A stretch of 64,000 bases of DNA from Candidatus Aminicenantes bacterium (lineage in GTDB: Bacteria > Acidobacteriota > Aminicenantia > UBA2199), in the NCBI GenBank assembly GCA_963827565.1, contig CAWHBG010000003.1, positions 867,543 through 931,542 of the forward strand, in the 5' to 3' direction. A program made the position numbers and the translations under genes. Under the pieces are notes generated by a model. The model saw only the letters and a program-made list of their open reading frames with translations. It did no database searches and had not been told where the DNA came from. This document shows positions 48,123 through 57,923 of the stretch, piece after piece. The first letter of the stretch is position 1, and every line of letters begins with the position of its first letter.

Positions 48123-48153
48123 AGAGAGTAGGATTGTATTCCTGAAATTGAAT

Positions 48154-48861
48154 TTAATTGAAGATGTATTTTTTTTTGCGGACGGTTACGTTCGGGGGTG
48201 TTTTGTGCTTTTCGAAGTAATCATAACCCTCTTTCAGATTTTTCCAGAACTCTGTCCAATTTGAATCTTTGAATTTTGTCATATTATTATCGGTCATCTT
48301 AAACGGGAAGATGTGGATCCTGAAATAGGGCTGTCCGCCTTCGAAAGCTTTCTGAATGATTGTGTAGATTTCTTTAATCCGCCGATCGGTCATTGCATAA
48401 CACCCGATAGAAACACAATTCCCGTGAACCATTATCAGGCCTCCGGTATAGCCGTGAGATCTGTCATATCTGTTCGGATAACCTATGTTAAAAGAGAGGA
48501 AAAATGAGCTCCATGGATTTAATTGCCCCGGTTTTACAAAATAAAACCCCTCAGGGCTTTTACTGTCCCCCTCTCTTTTTTTGCTCCCCAGTCCGCCTGA
48601 AAAATAGCAGATCCAGTATTCTTTGAACAACTTGTATCCTGATCCTGATTTTACCCACAACTCCAGTATCTTTTCTGATTTGAATATCCTGATATAGATA
48701 TCATTCCCGAGGATGAGGCCCTTTCTGTTGAACAGGATGTTGATTGATGGAGTTAATTGTTTTACCGTCTTTTCAGATCTCGGGCTTTTCGGAATGCTTT
48801 CTGCAAAAGAGATAATGAAAGACAACAGAACAATTAAAATTGATAGGATGAATTTTTTTAT
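48154..48861 (-). CDS. L,D-transpeptidase (YkuD fold) family protein; canonical start codon missing
   Basis: ..SPEGFYFV.., ..IMVHGNCVSIGCYAMTD (His/Cys catalytic motif). The ORF track starts at the TTG at 48825. The same frame stays open upstream and encodes a signal peptide (I)[21 protein letters not shown], headed by ATA at 48859-48861 instead of ATG. Confidence 0.65.
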   Translation of the reverse strand: MKKFILSILIVLLSFIISFAESIPKSPRSEKTVKQLTPSINILFNRKGLILGNDIYIRIFKSEKILELWVKSGSGYKLFKEYWICYFSGGLGSKKREGDSKSPEGFYFVKPGQLNPWSSFFLSFNIGYPNRYDRSHGYTGGLIMVHGNCVSIGCYAMTDRRIKEIYTIIQKAFEGGQPYFRIHIFPFKMTDNNMTKFKDSNWTEFWKNLKEGYDYFEKHKTPPNVTVRKKKYIFN

Positions 48862-49544
48862 TTTGTAGTTTCCTCTGATCTTTTTGCCTGAAGGTCATCT
48901 TCAAATTTTTTGTAATTTATCTTATCTTTCTTCAGGAGTGGATAAATCTTCAGACATACCCATGCGTCTGTTGCAGCATAATTTTTTTGCTTCTCTGATA
49001 GCTCGATTCTTGCCCAATTAGTTGTCTGGGCGGTTTTTACAAGCCTCTTCTGAAGATACCTTGCTGTAAGTCCCCTGGCTCCAGTCTGAATTATACCTTT
49101 TTCCTTTGCAAGAAGAGAGAGGTCTATCAGTCCATTCAGAATTATATCATTGAATCCTTTCAGCTTATTAATATCATGGGCCAGTCCCACGCCAACCTTT
49201 TTTACTTTTTTAGATGTAAGGAGAGGTGCCAGAATCGGTATAAGCCCGTTTCCGTTTAGCTGAAAAAGGTATGAGGTCTTGAGAGTGGAAATCTGTATCA
49301 GAGATATAGGGTGAGAAACACCGGGTTTAAAAGAGGGCTTGCTTTCGGTATCAAAACCGAGTATTTTTTCCCTTGATAGCTTTTTTATTATTTTTGCCGC
49401 AGCAGAAACATCGTTAACAACCTTCACCTCGCCTTCGAACCTGATTACAGGAAGAGAATTAATATAGTCTCTGCTCAATCTGTTTTGTTCAAGTAATGCC
49501 AATTTTTCTTTTCTACCGTCCCAGTTTATTTTTATAATGTTCAA
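48858..49544 (-). CDS. 3'-5' exonuclease domain protein (RNase D/WRN-like, DEDDy)
   Basis: 228 aa. [48 protein letters not shown]. Confidence 0.75.
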   Translation of the reverse strand: MNIIKINWDGRKEKLALLEQNRLSRDYINSLPVIRFEGEVKVVNDVSAAAKIIKKLSREKILGFDTESKPSFKPGVSHPISLIQISTLKTSYLFQLNGNGLIPILAPLLTSKKVKKVGVGLAHDINKLKGFNDIILNGLIDLSLLAKEKGIIQTGARGLTARYLQKRLVKTAQTTNWARIELSEKQKNYAATDAWVCLKIYPLLKKDKINYKKFEDDLQAKRSEETTK

Positions 49545-50790
49545 TTATATCAGAATAAATTGAGAATGAAGATGTCATGTCCTTAACTTTCCTTTTGATA
49601 TTAGCGAGAACTGATTCATCATTCGTGTTCTTTAATGCTTCAACAATGAGATCTGCAACTATTTTCATCTCACTTTCTTTCATTCCCCTTGTCGTTAATG
49701 AGGGGGTACCGAGCCTTATACCTGAACTTACCATAGGGGGATTCTGGTCAAAGGGGATCGTATTTTTATTAACTGTTATTCCTGCAATGTCAAGTGCACT
49801 CTCTGCATCTTTTCCGGTTATATTCAGTGGCGTTACATCCACAAGCATCAGATGATTGTCGGTTCCTCCGGAGACGATCCTCAGTCCATGCGCTGTGAGT
49901 TCATCGGATAGGACAGAAGCATTCTTAACAACCTGTTTCTGGTATTCTTTGAAATCATCACCCATGGCCACCTTAAAACAGATGGCTTTAGCTGCGATCA
50001 CATGCTCGAGCGGTCCCCCCTGTATCCCAGGGAATACACTTTTTCTCAATTCTTTCAGGTGTGCTTTTTTAGAGAGGATCATTCCGCCTCTGGGTCCTCT
50101 TAATGTTTTATGAGTTGTTGAGGTAACAAAATCTGCATATGGAACAGGCGAAGGGTGAACTCCGGCAGCAACGAGTCCAGCAATATGAGCCATGTCTACC
50201 ATTAATATAGCTCCCACACTATCGGCAACTTTTTTAAATCTTTCAAAATCTATAAATCTGGGATATGCAGAGGCGCCTGCAACGATCAGTTTTGGGCGAT
50301 GTTCTTTTGCTAAAGATTCAAGGACATCATAATCTATAGTCTCTGTATCCTTGTTTACTCCGTAGAAAACAATATTATAAAGTTTTCCGGTGAAATTCAG
50401 GGGGTGTCCGTGAGAGAGATGCCCGCCGTGAGAAAGGTCCATGCCAAACATGGTATCTCCGGGTTCGAGCACTGTCATGTAAACTCCCATATTTGCCTGA
50501 GTTCCGGAGTGAGGTTGAACATTGGCATACTCAGCTCCGAATAATTCTTTTGCTCTGGTTGTTGCAAGCTTCTCAGATACATCTACATTTTCACAACCGC
50601 CATAATATCTTTTTTTAGGATAACCTTCTGCATATTTATTGGTGAGGACCGAGCCTACAGCTTCGAGTATTCCGTTCGGAACAAAATTTTCTGATGCAAT
50701 CAACTCCAGATTGTCGTTCTGACGTTGAGTCTCATTCAGAATTACTTCTGCGATCTCCGGGTCCAATTGAAAAATATTCTTGTTTAACAT
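49513..50790 (-). CDS. glyA: serine hydroxymethyltransferase
   Basis: 425 aa. [35 protein letters not shown] (PLP Lys). Confidence 0.95.
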   Translation of the reverse strand: MLNKNIFQLDPEIAEVILNETQRQNDNLELIASENFVPNGILEAVGSVLTNKYAEGYPKKRYYGGCENVDVSEKLATTRAKELFGAEYANVQPHSGTQANMGVYMTVLEPGDTMFGMDLSHGGHLSHGHPLNFTGKLYNIVFYGVNKDTETIDYDVLESLAKEHRPKLIVAGASAYPRFIDFERFKKVADSVGAILMVDMAHIAGLVAAGVHPSPVPYADFVTSTTHKTLRGPRGGMILSKKAHLKELRKSVFPGIQGGPLEHVIAAKAICFKVAMGDDFKEYQKQVVKNASVLSDELTAHGLRIVSGGTDNHLMLVDVTPLNITGKDAESALDIAGITVNKNTIPFDQNPPMVSSGIRLGTPSLTTRGMKESEMKIVADLIVEALKNTNDESVLANIKRKVKDMTSSFSIYSDIIEHYKNKLGR

Positions 50791-50805
50791 TGTTATTCTC
50801 CTGAT

Positions 50806-51261
50806 TTATTTAAAATTTTTTTCTTCTACCTCATCGGACATATATGCCAGTCTTTCGGAATGACGTCCTCCTTCAAAAGAGGTGTTAATCCATATATCTA
50901 CAATTTTTACCGCCTGCTCAACAGAAATAAGCCTTGCACCCATGTTCAGTACATTTGCATTGTTATGCTTCCTCGACATTTCAGCTGAATACTCATCATT
51001 GCACAGAGCAGCCCTTACATTTCTGAATTTGTTCGCGATCATCGACATGCCAATCCCGGAACCACAAATTATAATTCCAAGAGAATTTTCAGGATCTTCA
51101 GATACAGCCTGTGCAGCTTTTGCACCATATTCTGCCCAATTAGCCCTCTCCTCAGAATATGTTCCTTCATCCTTTGTTGAATATCCCTTTTTTATAAGGT
51201 GTTCTTTTACAAACATTTTTAATTTATAACCGGCATGGTCGGATGCAAGATAAATTTTCAT
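50806..51261 (-). CDS. rpiB: ribose-5-phosphate isomerase B
   Basis: 151 aa. MKIYLASDHAGYKLK, GIIICGSGIGMSMIANKFRNVRAA. Confidence 0.9.
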   Translation of the reverse strand: MKIYLASDHAGYKLKMFVKEHLIKKGYSTKDEGTYSEERANWAEYGAKAAQAVSEDPENSLGIIICGSGIGMSMIANKFRNVRAALCNDEYSAEMSRKHNNANVLNMGARLISVEQAVKIVDIWINTSFEGGRHSERLAYMSDEVEEKNFK

Positions 51262-51337
51262 CAGGTTCTCGTTCAGATCTTAATGGGTAAATTTAATATA
51301 TTTGCCTCTTAAAGTCAATTATCAGTGTGGAAAACAT

Positions 51338-52249
51338 TCATTTAGGTGAAGTACTGCAAGGGGTGATACCCCTAATGGATTCCTTACATCCGCATAAGGT
51401 TTTTTGTATACTGACAATAATACGGCCGTTGATTTCGGTGATGAGGAGCTTCCTTTTTCCCCTGTCTGAAAAATGGATGGTTTTCCCCTCGGCAACAAAA
51501 TCGGAATACCGTTTTTCCCCCCTGAAATGTTCTCCAAATCGTTTCAGCCTTTTGAATGGGTCATCTCCTTTGGTGAATTCTAATATAATAATTATCCCAT
51601 CTTTATTGGTTCCGGAAACGCCCTGAGCGATCTCTGATTCAGATGAAAACAGGTTATATATGTTTTTAAGGCCCATGTCTCCTTTAAAGTATATCCGGCT
51701 CTTATACCTGTCAGGGTTAATACAATTAATAATATCCGGCAAGGACAGCGAGGGTGCTGATACCGCCTCCAGATTGCTCCTGAAGAGCTCAATACCTTTC
51801 CCAGTCTCTTCATTGATATCGATCGATGTAATCGTGACAAGGTTTTCCCCCAGGAGGATGTTAAGATAATAGTCTTCAGATGAAAAAAGACTTCCCCTGC
51901 TGCTCCGCTGCCATTTCCCTCCGGTCCTGAAGGTGAATATTCCAAATGCGGATTCCGGATCTTTCATTCTGTAAATTTCAACACTGATCCGTCCGGCCCC
52001 CGGTTTTTCATATTCCGAAGAGATCACTTCTACAAAACCGTATTCATGATAAATATCGGCACCGCCGTTAATATACAGGAAGAGGTCATCTCCTCTGTAT
52101 ATTTCCGGTTTTCCCTTTAACTGCCAGTCAGCTATTGTATCGGGGAGAGATTTTATCGAATCTCCGATAACTTTTCTGCTGATAAGGTCATTAGATTGAA
52201 ATAAGATTAACAACAGAATAAGGAGAGAGAATCTCAGGCATTTCAGCAT
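51338..52249 (-). CDS. hypothetical exported protein
   Basis: 303 aa with a signal peptide. No recognisable motif. 10 nt downstream of the DUF362 gene. Confidence 0.4.
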   Translation of the reverse strand: MLKCLRFSLLILLLILFQSNDLISRKVIGDSIKSLPDTIADWQLKGKPEIYRGDDLFLYINGGADIYHEYGFVEVISSEYEKPGAGRISVEIYRMKDPESAFGIFTFRTGGKWQRSSRGSLFSSEDYYLNILLGENLVTITSIDINEETGKGIELFRSNLEAVSAPSLSLPDIINCINPDRYKSRIYFKGDMGLKNIYNLFSSESEIAQGVSGTNKDGIIIILEFTKGDDPFKRLKRFGEHFRGEKRYSDFVAEGKTIHFSDRGKRKLLITEINGRIIVSIQKTLCGCKESIRGITPCSTSPK

Positions 52250-52259
52250 ATAGCGATTC

Positions 52260-53197
52260 CTAAATTGATATTTCAGAAATGTTTAAACCTGAGAGGTCCA
52301 TGTTCCCCAGCCCATGCTCGAATCCTTTTTTGATCATGACTATATTGCCGGGATCGAGCCCCCAGAGCTTACAGCAGTATGAATCTATTGCAATGCGGTC
52401 TTTTCCAGCGATCACTTTCTGAGGTTTAAATAATTCACCCGGCCCGAAGGGGCCGTTTGTTATTATAAATTCCGTTGCGTCTACGATAGAAAGTGCCGGA
52501 GTTATGATAGTGTTCAGATCGGCAATCGACTGGTCCAGGTGAATTATACTATTCCTGTTTGTTTTCCAATCGGATTTGTGAAAGGCCCTGTTGTTTTTTG
52601 GAGAGTTGAGTCCCATAAGGTTTTTCATTGTTCCTGTAAATTTATTTCCGATATGGTCTTTTGTGACAGGGACGTTGATCAGGAGTTCATGCTCAAACAA
52701 CTTTTTCATAATCCTTGCTTCTTTAAGTATTTTCCCCCGGGGAACAGGGACTGGTTTAAACATTGATTCATCTCTGAGGTCTACTGTTTCAAGCTTCCCC
52801 CCCGCCTTAAGAACAGCCTGCTTCAGGCCTGTTGCTTCCCATGCCTTTACGGGCATCCATGAAATAAAAGTGACCGATGAGGCTCCGGCTTCAAGACACA
52901 TATCAGTTACTGCTCCGGCTACAAGAGGTGAGGTGAAAGCGCCCGGATTAGGTCGCTGAGGATTAGCCAGAACCGCTACTTTCGCCCCTTTTCCAACAAA
53001 TTTTTTCATTCCACCGATCTTAGAAACGGCCTCTATCGTATTTTTATAATAATCAGCGCCTTTAACTACTGAAATATCCGGAATTTTCAAAACAGCTCCA
53101 GTGTGAATTTTCCGGGAAATTTAGTTAAAAGCAGAGACGAGGCTCCTAAAACCGCCCCTTTTCTGATAAAAGATCTCCTTGTTATTTTCTCCCCCAT
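52260..53197 (-). pseudogene. DUF362 domain protein with twin-arginine (Tat) signal peptide, frame-disrupted near 53090-53120
   Basis: The ORF track begins at a TTG (53090). Upstream, an ATG at 53195-53197 with a GGAGG RBS encodes MGEKITRRSFIRKGAVLGASSLLL.., a classic Tat motif, and ends in TGA at 53087-53089 one frame off. In the DUF362 frame the sequence is open back to 53120 (..KIHTGAVLKIPDISVVKG). The likely indel is at the A4/T4 run at 53108-53111. Confidence 0.6.
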
Positions 53198-53314
53198 GTT
53201 ACCTCCTGTAGTTATAAATTATAATACTTAAAATAAATTAGAACATCAACAATAAAATATGAGCTTTGAAAGAGATGGATGCGGTATCCCCTTATATATA
53301 ATAAAAAATCAGGT

Positions 53315-53343
53315 TTGACTTACCGAAAATTTTCCTTTATACT
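53315..53343 (+). promoter_or_regulatory. candidate sigma70-type promoter
   Basis: TTGACT-N17-TATACT, about 50 nt upstream of the ATG at 53394 (AGGAGG RBS). Confidence 0.35.
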
Positions 53344-53393
53344 TACCAACTTAAATTATAATTTTATATTTGTTTGCAAAATAGGAGGAACAA

Positions 53394-54716
53394 ATGCGTA
53401 ATGCGATAATTATGGGAGCAGCTGGTAGAGATTTCCACAATTTCAATCTGTTTTTTAAAGAGAACAAAGATGTAAAGGTTGTAGCTTTCACAGCAACTCA
53501 GATCCCTGATATTGAGGGGAGAAAATATCCTAAAGAACTTGCAGGTGATCTGTATCCTAACGGGATCAATATTTATCCTGAAGAAGAACTTCTTGACCTT
53601 ATAGTGAAATTCGATGTTAAAGATGTGTATTTTGCTTACAGTGATGTACCTTATGAGTATGTAATGGACAAATCGGCTGATGTTATGAAGACCGGTGCAA
53701 ATTTTATTCTTCTCGGCCCCGGAGAAACCATGGTCGAAAGTACAAAACCTGTTGTATCCGTATGTGCTGTAAGAACAGGATGCGGAAAGAGCCAGACAAC
53801 CAGAAAGGTAAGCAATATTCTGAAGGAAATGGGTTTTAAAGTTGCAGCTATCCGTCACCCGATGCCTTATGGTGATCTGGTTAAACAGAAAGTTCAGAAA
53901 TTTGAGACTATCGAAGATCTTAAGAGACATGAATGTACTATCGAAGAGATGGAAGAGTATGAACCTCATATTGCAAATGGTGTTGTTGTTTTTGCTGGTG
54001 TTGATTATGAAGCGATCCTCAGAGAAGCTGAAAAAATAGCTGATGTTATCCTTTGGGATGGCGGGAACAATGACCTTCCTTTTTACAAATCAGACCTGGA
54101 AATTGTAGTTGCTGATCCGCATAGAGCAGGTCATGAACTTACTTATTATCCCGGTGGAGCTAATTTCAAAAGGGCAGATGTTATAGTAATAAACAAGATC
54201 GATACAGCTGATCTGGAAGATATAATAGAGGTAAGAGACAATATAAGAGATCATAATCCCGATGCAATCGTAGTTGACGGTGCTTCTCCTATATTTGTTG
54301 AAGACGGGGATAAGATCAGAGGTAAAAAGGTTCTTGTTATTGAAGATGGACCGACCCTTACTCATGGAGAGATGAAATATGGGGCTGGAATTATGGCTGC
54401 TCACAAATATGGTGCGGCAGAGCTTGTAGATCCCAGGCCTTTTGCTGTTGGAACTATTGCAGACACATATGAAAAATACCCCGAAATAGGAATCTTACTT
54501 CCTGCTATGGGATATGGAGATCAGCAGATGAAGGACCTGGAAGAGACGATTAATAAGATCGAAGCGGACCTGGTAATTGTTGCTACTCCGATAGATCTTG
54601 GAAGAATAGTTAATTTTAAGAAACCTACTGTCAGAGTTTCATATGATCTTGAAGAGATCGGAACCCCGACATTAACAGATATTCTCTCTAAGCATCCCAA
54701 ATTAAAGAGGCAATAG
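53394..54716 (+). CDS. COG2403-type P-loop protein (cyclic 2,3-diphosphoglycerate synthetase-like / predicted GTPase)
   Basis: 440 aa. MRNAIIMGAAGRDFHNFN..VVAFTATQIP, P-loop-like AVRTGCGKSQTT, ..VINKIDTA.. (NKxD-like). Confidence 0.65.
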   Translation: MRNAIIMGAAGRDFHNFNLFFKENKDVKVVAFTATQIPDIEGRKYPKELAGDLYPNGINIYPEEELLDLIVKFDVKDVYFAYSDVPYEYVMDKSADVMKTGANFILLGPGETMVESTKPVVSVCAVRTGCGKSQTTRKVSNILKEMGFKVAAIRHPMPYGDLVKQKVQKFETIEDLKRHECTIEEMEEYEPHIANGVVVFAGVDYEAILREAEKIADVILWDGGNNDLPFYKSDLEIVVADPHRAGHELTYYPGGANFKRADVIVINKIDTADLEDIIEVRDNIRDHNPDAIVVDGASPIFVEDGDKIRGKKVLVIEDGPTLTHGEMKYGAGIMAAHKYGAAELVDPRPFAVGTIADTYEKYPEIGILLPAMGYGDQQMKDLEETINKIEADLVIVATPIDLGRIVNFKKPTVRVSYDLEEIGTPTLTDILSKHPKLKRQ

Positions 54717-54751
54717 AGAGTATTTTTTTTTAAGAAAACGGGGGACAGATC

Positions 54752-55708
54752 ATGAACAAACTTGCGCTTATTGCTTTCGGCGGAAATGCTATGCTTGCAT
54801 CAGGTGAAAAAGGTACTGCTAAAGAGCAATACAGGAATTCTAAAAAGGCAGCTTCACTTATGGTTGATATAGTAAAAAAGGGTTATGAACTGATCATAGT
54901 TCATGGGAATGGACCGCAGGTAGGGAATGTGCTGCTTCAGATGGAAGGATCAGCAACGACTGTCCCCCCGTTCCCTCTGGATGTTTGTGATGCAATGACC
55001 GAAGGCAGTATGGGATACATGTTGGAGAAGGCCATCCTTAATGAGCTCAGAAAGCAGTCGATCGACAAAGAGGTGGTAACCTTGTTGACACAGGTTATCG
55101 TAGACAGGGATGACAAAGCGTTTGATAATCCGACTAAACCGATAGGCCCTTTCTACAATAAGTTCAGGGCCGGACAATTAGTAAAAGAAAATCACTGGAC
55201 TATGGTGGAAGATGCAGGAAGGGGATTCCGACGGGTTGTTCCCTCACCGAGGCCGATAGATATTGTCCCAAAAAGAGCTATCAGGGCAATGGTGGAGAAG
55301 GGGATAATCGTTGTTGCTGCCGGTGGTGGTGGAATACCCGTTTTCCTGAATTCATCAGGGTATGTGGAAGGCGTAGAGGCTGTTATAGATAAAGATTTTG
55401 CATCTTCACTGATTTCGAAAGAGGCAGGTGTTGATCTTTTTATCATCCTTACGGGCGTTGACCGGGTCGTTGAAAATTTCGGGAAACCCGATGCTGTTCC
55501 ATTAAAGGTAATAGATATTGAAAAAGCCGAAAAAATGCTGGAGGATGGTCAATTCCCCCCGGGATCGATGGGACCGAAAATTTCCGCATCGATTGATTAT
55601 ATTAAGAACGGGGGAAGCGAGGTTCTTATTACATCAGCTGAAAAGTTGAGGGCGGCTCTGATCGGAAGATCCGGGACCCGCATAGTTAAGGATCTTGAAG
55701 GAGAGTAA
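54752..55708 (+). CDS. arcC: carbamate kinase
   Basis: 318 aa. LIAFGGNAML, IVHGNGPQVGN, VVAAGGGGIPV, IILTGVDRV. Confidence 0.9.
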   Translation: MNKLALIAFGGNAMLASGEKGTAKEQYRNSKKAASLMVDIVKKGYELIIVHGNGPQVGNVLLQMEGSATTVPPFPLDVCDAMTEGSMGYMLEKAILNELRKQSIDKEVVTLLTQVIVDRDDKAFDNPTKPIGPFYNKFRAGQLVKENHWTMVEDAGRGFRRVVPSPRPIDIVPKRAIRAMVEKGIIVVAAGGGGIPVFLNSSGYVEGVEAVIDKDFASSLISKEAGVDLFIILTGVDRVVENFGKPDAVPLKVIDIEKAEKMLEDGQFPPGSMGPKISASIDYIKNGGSEVLITSAEKLRAALIGRSGTRIVKDLEGE

Positions 55709-55709
55709 T

Positions 55710-57870
55710 GTGGAAGTCAACCTGAATATAGAGAATGAAGATATTAAGTTCCTTAAAGATTTTTTAAAGGGGGAAAAATTCCCTGTTGAAATTGACGAAC
55801 TGACAAATCAGCTTGCCTTGTTTAAAACTGAAAGTAAGATGAGTGACAGGGTTAAGGTATATAATCCGAAATGTGAATATAAAGTAGATGACCTTATTTA
55901 CAAAGAATATCATGGGAAAATACCGATCGGGACAAAAAAATATATTGAACTGGAGAGAGGAGTGGTCCTGAAAGTTGTCGAAGTGAGATCAAAATTCATA
56001 AATGAGATCAAATTGGAATATGAAGGAACTTCGGATTATAAAAAGTATCTTGATTATCTGACCAGACAGAAAATAGAATTGCTTCTTCCCCATAAAATGG
56101 ATAAACCATGTGAAAAGCCTGACTATCTTGATCCCGAATTGGACCCTCGAAAGTTTTATGATCCCCTGCTTGAAAAAGATTATAATAATCTTAGAAAGAA
56201 ACTTATAGTCCTGTTGAATAAGAACGCCGAGATAGCCTTCGCAGGAAATAAGTCAATACTGGTTGAAAACCTGATGCCGATCGATACTGAAGTTTTTTCA
56301 AAGATAAGAGAATTCCTTACTGATAACGGCAGGTCGGAATCCACAGAGTTTTTTGTTGAAAATTTTGTAAAAGTAAAACCAGGCAGTGAAGATTTTGAAG
56401 CGTATTGCTTTGCCTTAAGCTATAAAATGAAAAATGATTATAAGATCGATTTTCAACAGGTGACTTATGAAGGATGGGGGAAATGGAACCTCATTTCGGT
56501 TATCTACTATCTTCTGAAAGATTCAATCATAAGCGATGATAATCCCTATCTGAAAAATACTGAAATTGATACTAAAAAGGGATTGGGAACACTTAGAAAA
56601 AAATTTGAGGAAAAACTTTTTGATGAAGATAATTCAAAATATTTTTTAACTCAAAGAGAAATTTTCGCTGGAGCGATAAGATTGAAATCGGGGATATTTG
56701 AATTTGAAGAATCAATTGAGGTTGAACTGGTGGATGAAAGCACTAAAAAATCTTATATTGGATACTATTATAATGAGTCCAATCTGTTGATGGGTCTTAA
56801 AGAGATCTTTGATGCATTATAAAGTTCTTCAGGGATCAATAATATCATTATCGCAGGTTGAGGATACGGTTTTTTTCTTCAATATAAGGACAACAAAAAA
56901 GGGTACTGTTTCCGAGAAAATAGAATACAATGAAGAGAGAAAACAATTTATTGTCAGGGATGAGAAGATCGCTTCGCAAGTATTTATTAACAAATCGATC
57001 TATCTGGAACAGAAGGACCTGGTTGGAACTTGAAAACAGAATAGAACTTTTCAGAGGGAGTAGTTCGTTTAATGAACTTGCTGAACAAGGTTATTCTTGA
57101 ATTCGGAGTGAGAGAACGGAATTTTGAGATTCATATATTAAAGCTTTACCATATCCTTGATCTGATAGCGCCTGGTAACTCTCAGGACAGTCCTTGATGT
57201 GGTTTTCGGGAATCAGGCATATATTCCTTCTGAGAAAGTACATGGTGTCTTTTATCTTGACCCAAGCTCCATCAGTGATCTGGTTCAGGAAGATATAAAG
57301 CAAAAGGAAATATATGATACACAGACAAGAACTGACCGGGATAAGAGAGACAGCATAAACTTGATGAAGAAAGAGAAGGTTGATAATGAGATCAGGCTGA
57401 TAAGGGAAGAGAGGCGAAGAAAAAGAGAAGAAGAGATGAGGAAGGTTGAGCAGATCGAAAAAGACCGCCGAGATAAACTTCTAAGGAAAAGGTGAGGGAG
57501 AAAAAACAAAAATCTCCTTCCGGGAAAAGAGAAATTCCTGTTGACTCCGACTGATCCTGCATTAGCAGATGCTGAAAGACCGACGAAAGTAGAAAGGACC
57601 AAGAAGGAAGCTGCACATAAGAAAAAAGCAGAAAAAGAGATATTTAAACCTGAGAAAGATAAATCTGCACAGAAGAAAGTTAAGAAGACAGGCACTGATG
57701 ATCAGATGGATCTTGAAGATATCCAAAGTGAGATCGAGCTTCTGAAATTAAAAGAAGAAGTTGAAAAAGAGAAAGAAAAAAGGTTAAATAAAGAGAAAGC
57801 GAAAGAAGGTTGCCTTTAAAGATACCAGCGGGTTTGGTGGTATTGTTGGCTTCAAAACTTGATGAGATAG
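55710..57870 (+). pseudogene. large hypothetical protein with Lys/Glu/Arg-rich C-terminal region, multiply frame-disrupted; 3' end uncertain
   Basis: GTG at 55710 after GAAGGAG. The first 370 aa are intact (55710-56822). The reading then hops frames at about 56815, 57030, 57085 and 57180, with coherent peptides in each piece (..YKVLQGSIISLSQVEDTVFFFN.., LENRIELFRGSSSFNE, MNLLNKVILEFGVRERNFEIHILKLYHILDLI, VLDVVFGNQAYIPSEKVHGVFYLD..). There is an in-frame TGA at 57493-57495 and another shift at about 57815. The K/E-rich tail reads (REERRRKREEEMRKVEQIEKDRR.., KKEAAHKKKAEKE..). No family recognised. Confidence 0.4.
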
Positions 57871-57923
57871 CAAAGTCTGATACAAAAGAGAAGAAAAGAG
57901 ACAAAGGGAAAAAAAGAGAAAAA

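Noticed and set aside
48555-48575. ctgtccccctc inside the L,D-transpeptidase gene resembling the REP core
   Set aside because: This is a short partial match without the TTTT tail or the GGTRCC half. It encodes conserved REGDSKSP. Coincidence.
54733-54751. REP-like string aaaacgggggacagatc just before arcC
   Set aside because: It shares only the GGGGACAG part, and the rest of the core (CCTGT.. / ..GTACCTTT) is missing. It coincides with the ribosome-binding region of arcC, so this is probably a chance resemblance.
57493-57495. In-frame TGA as selenocysteine, or stop-codon reassignment (also TAG at 30313, TAA at 21135)
   Set aside because: All three codons terminate conserved genes at their expected ends elsewhere in the window. 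The residue context (LRKR-x-GRKN) is a low-complexity charged region, not a redox motif. No obvious SECIS-type hairpin follows. I treat these as a nonsense lesion or base error.
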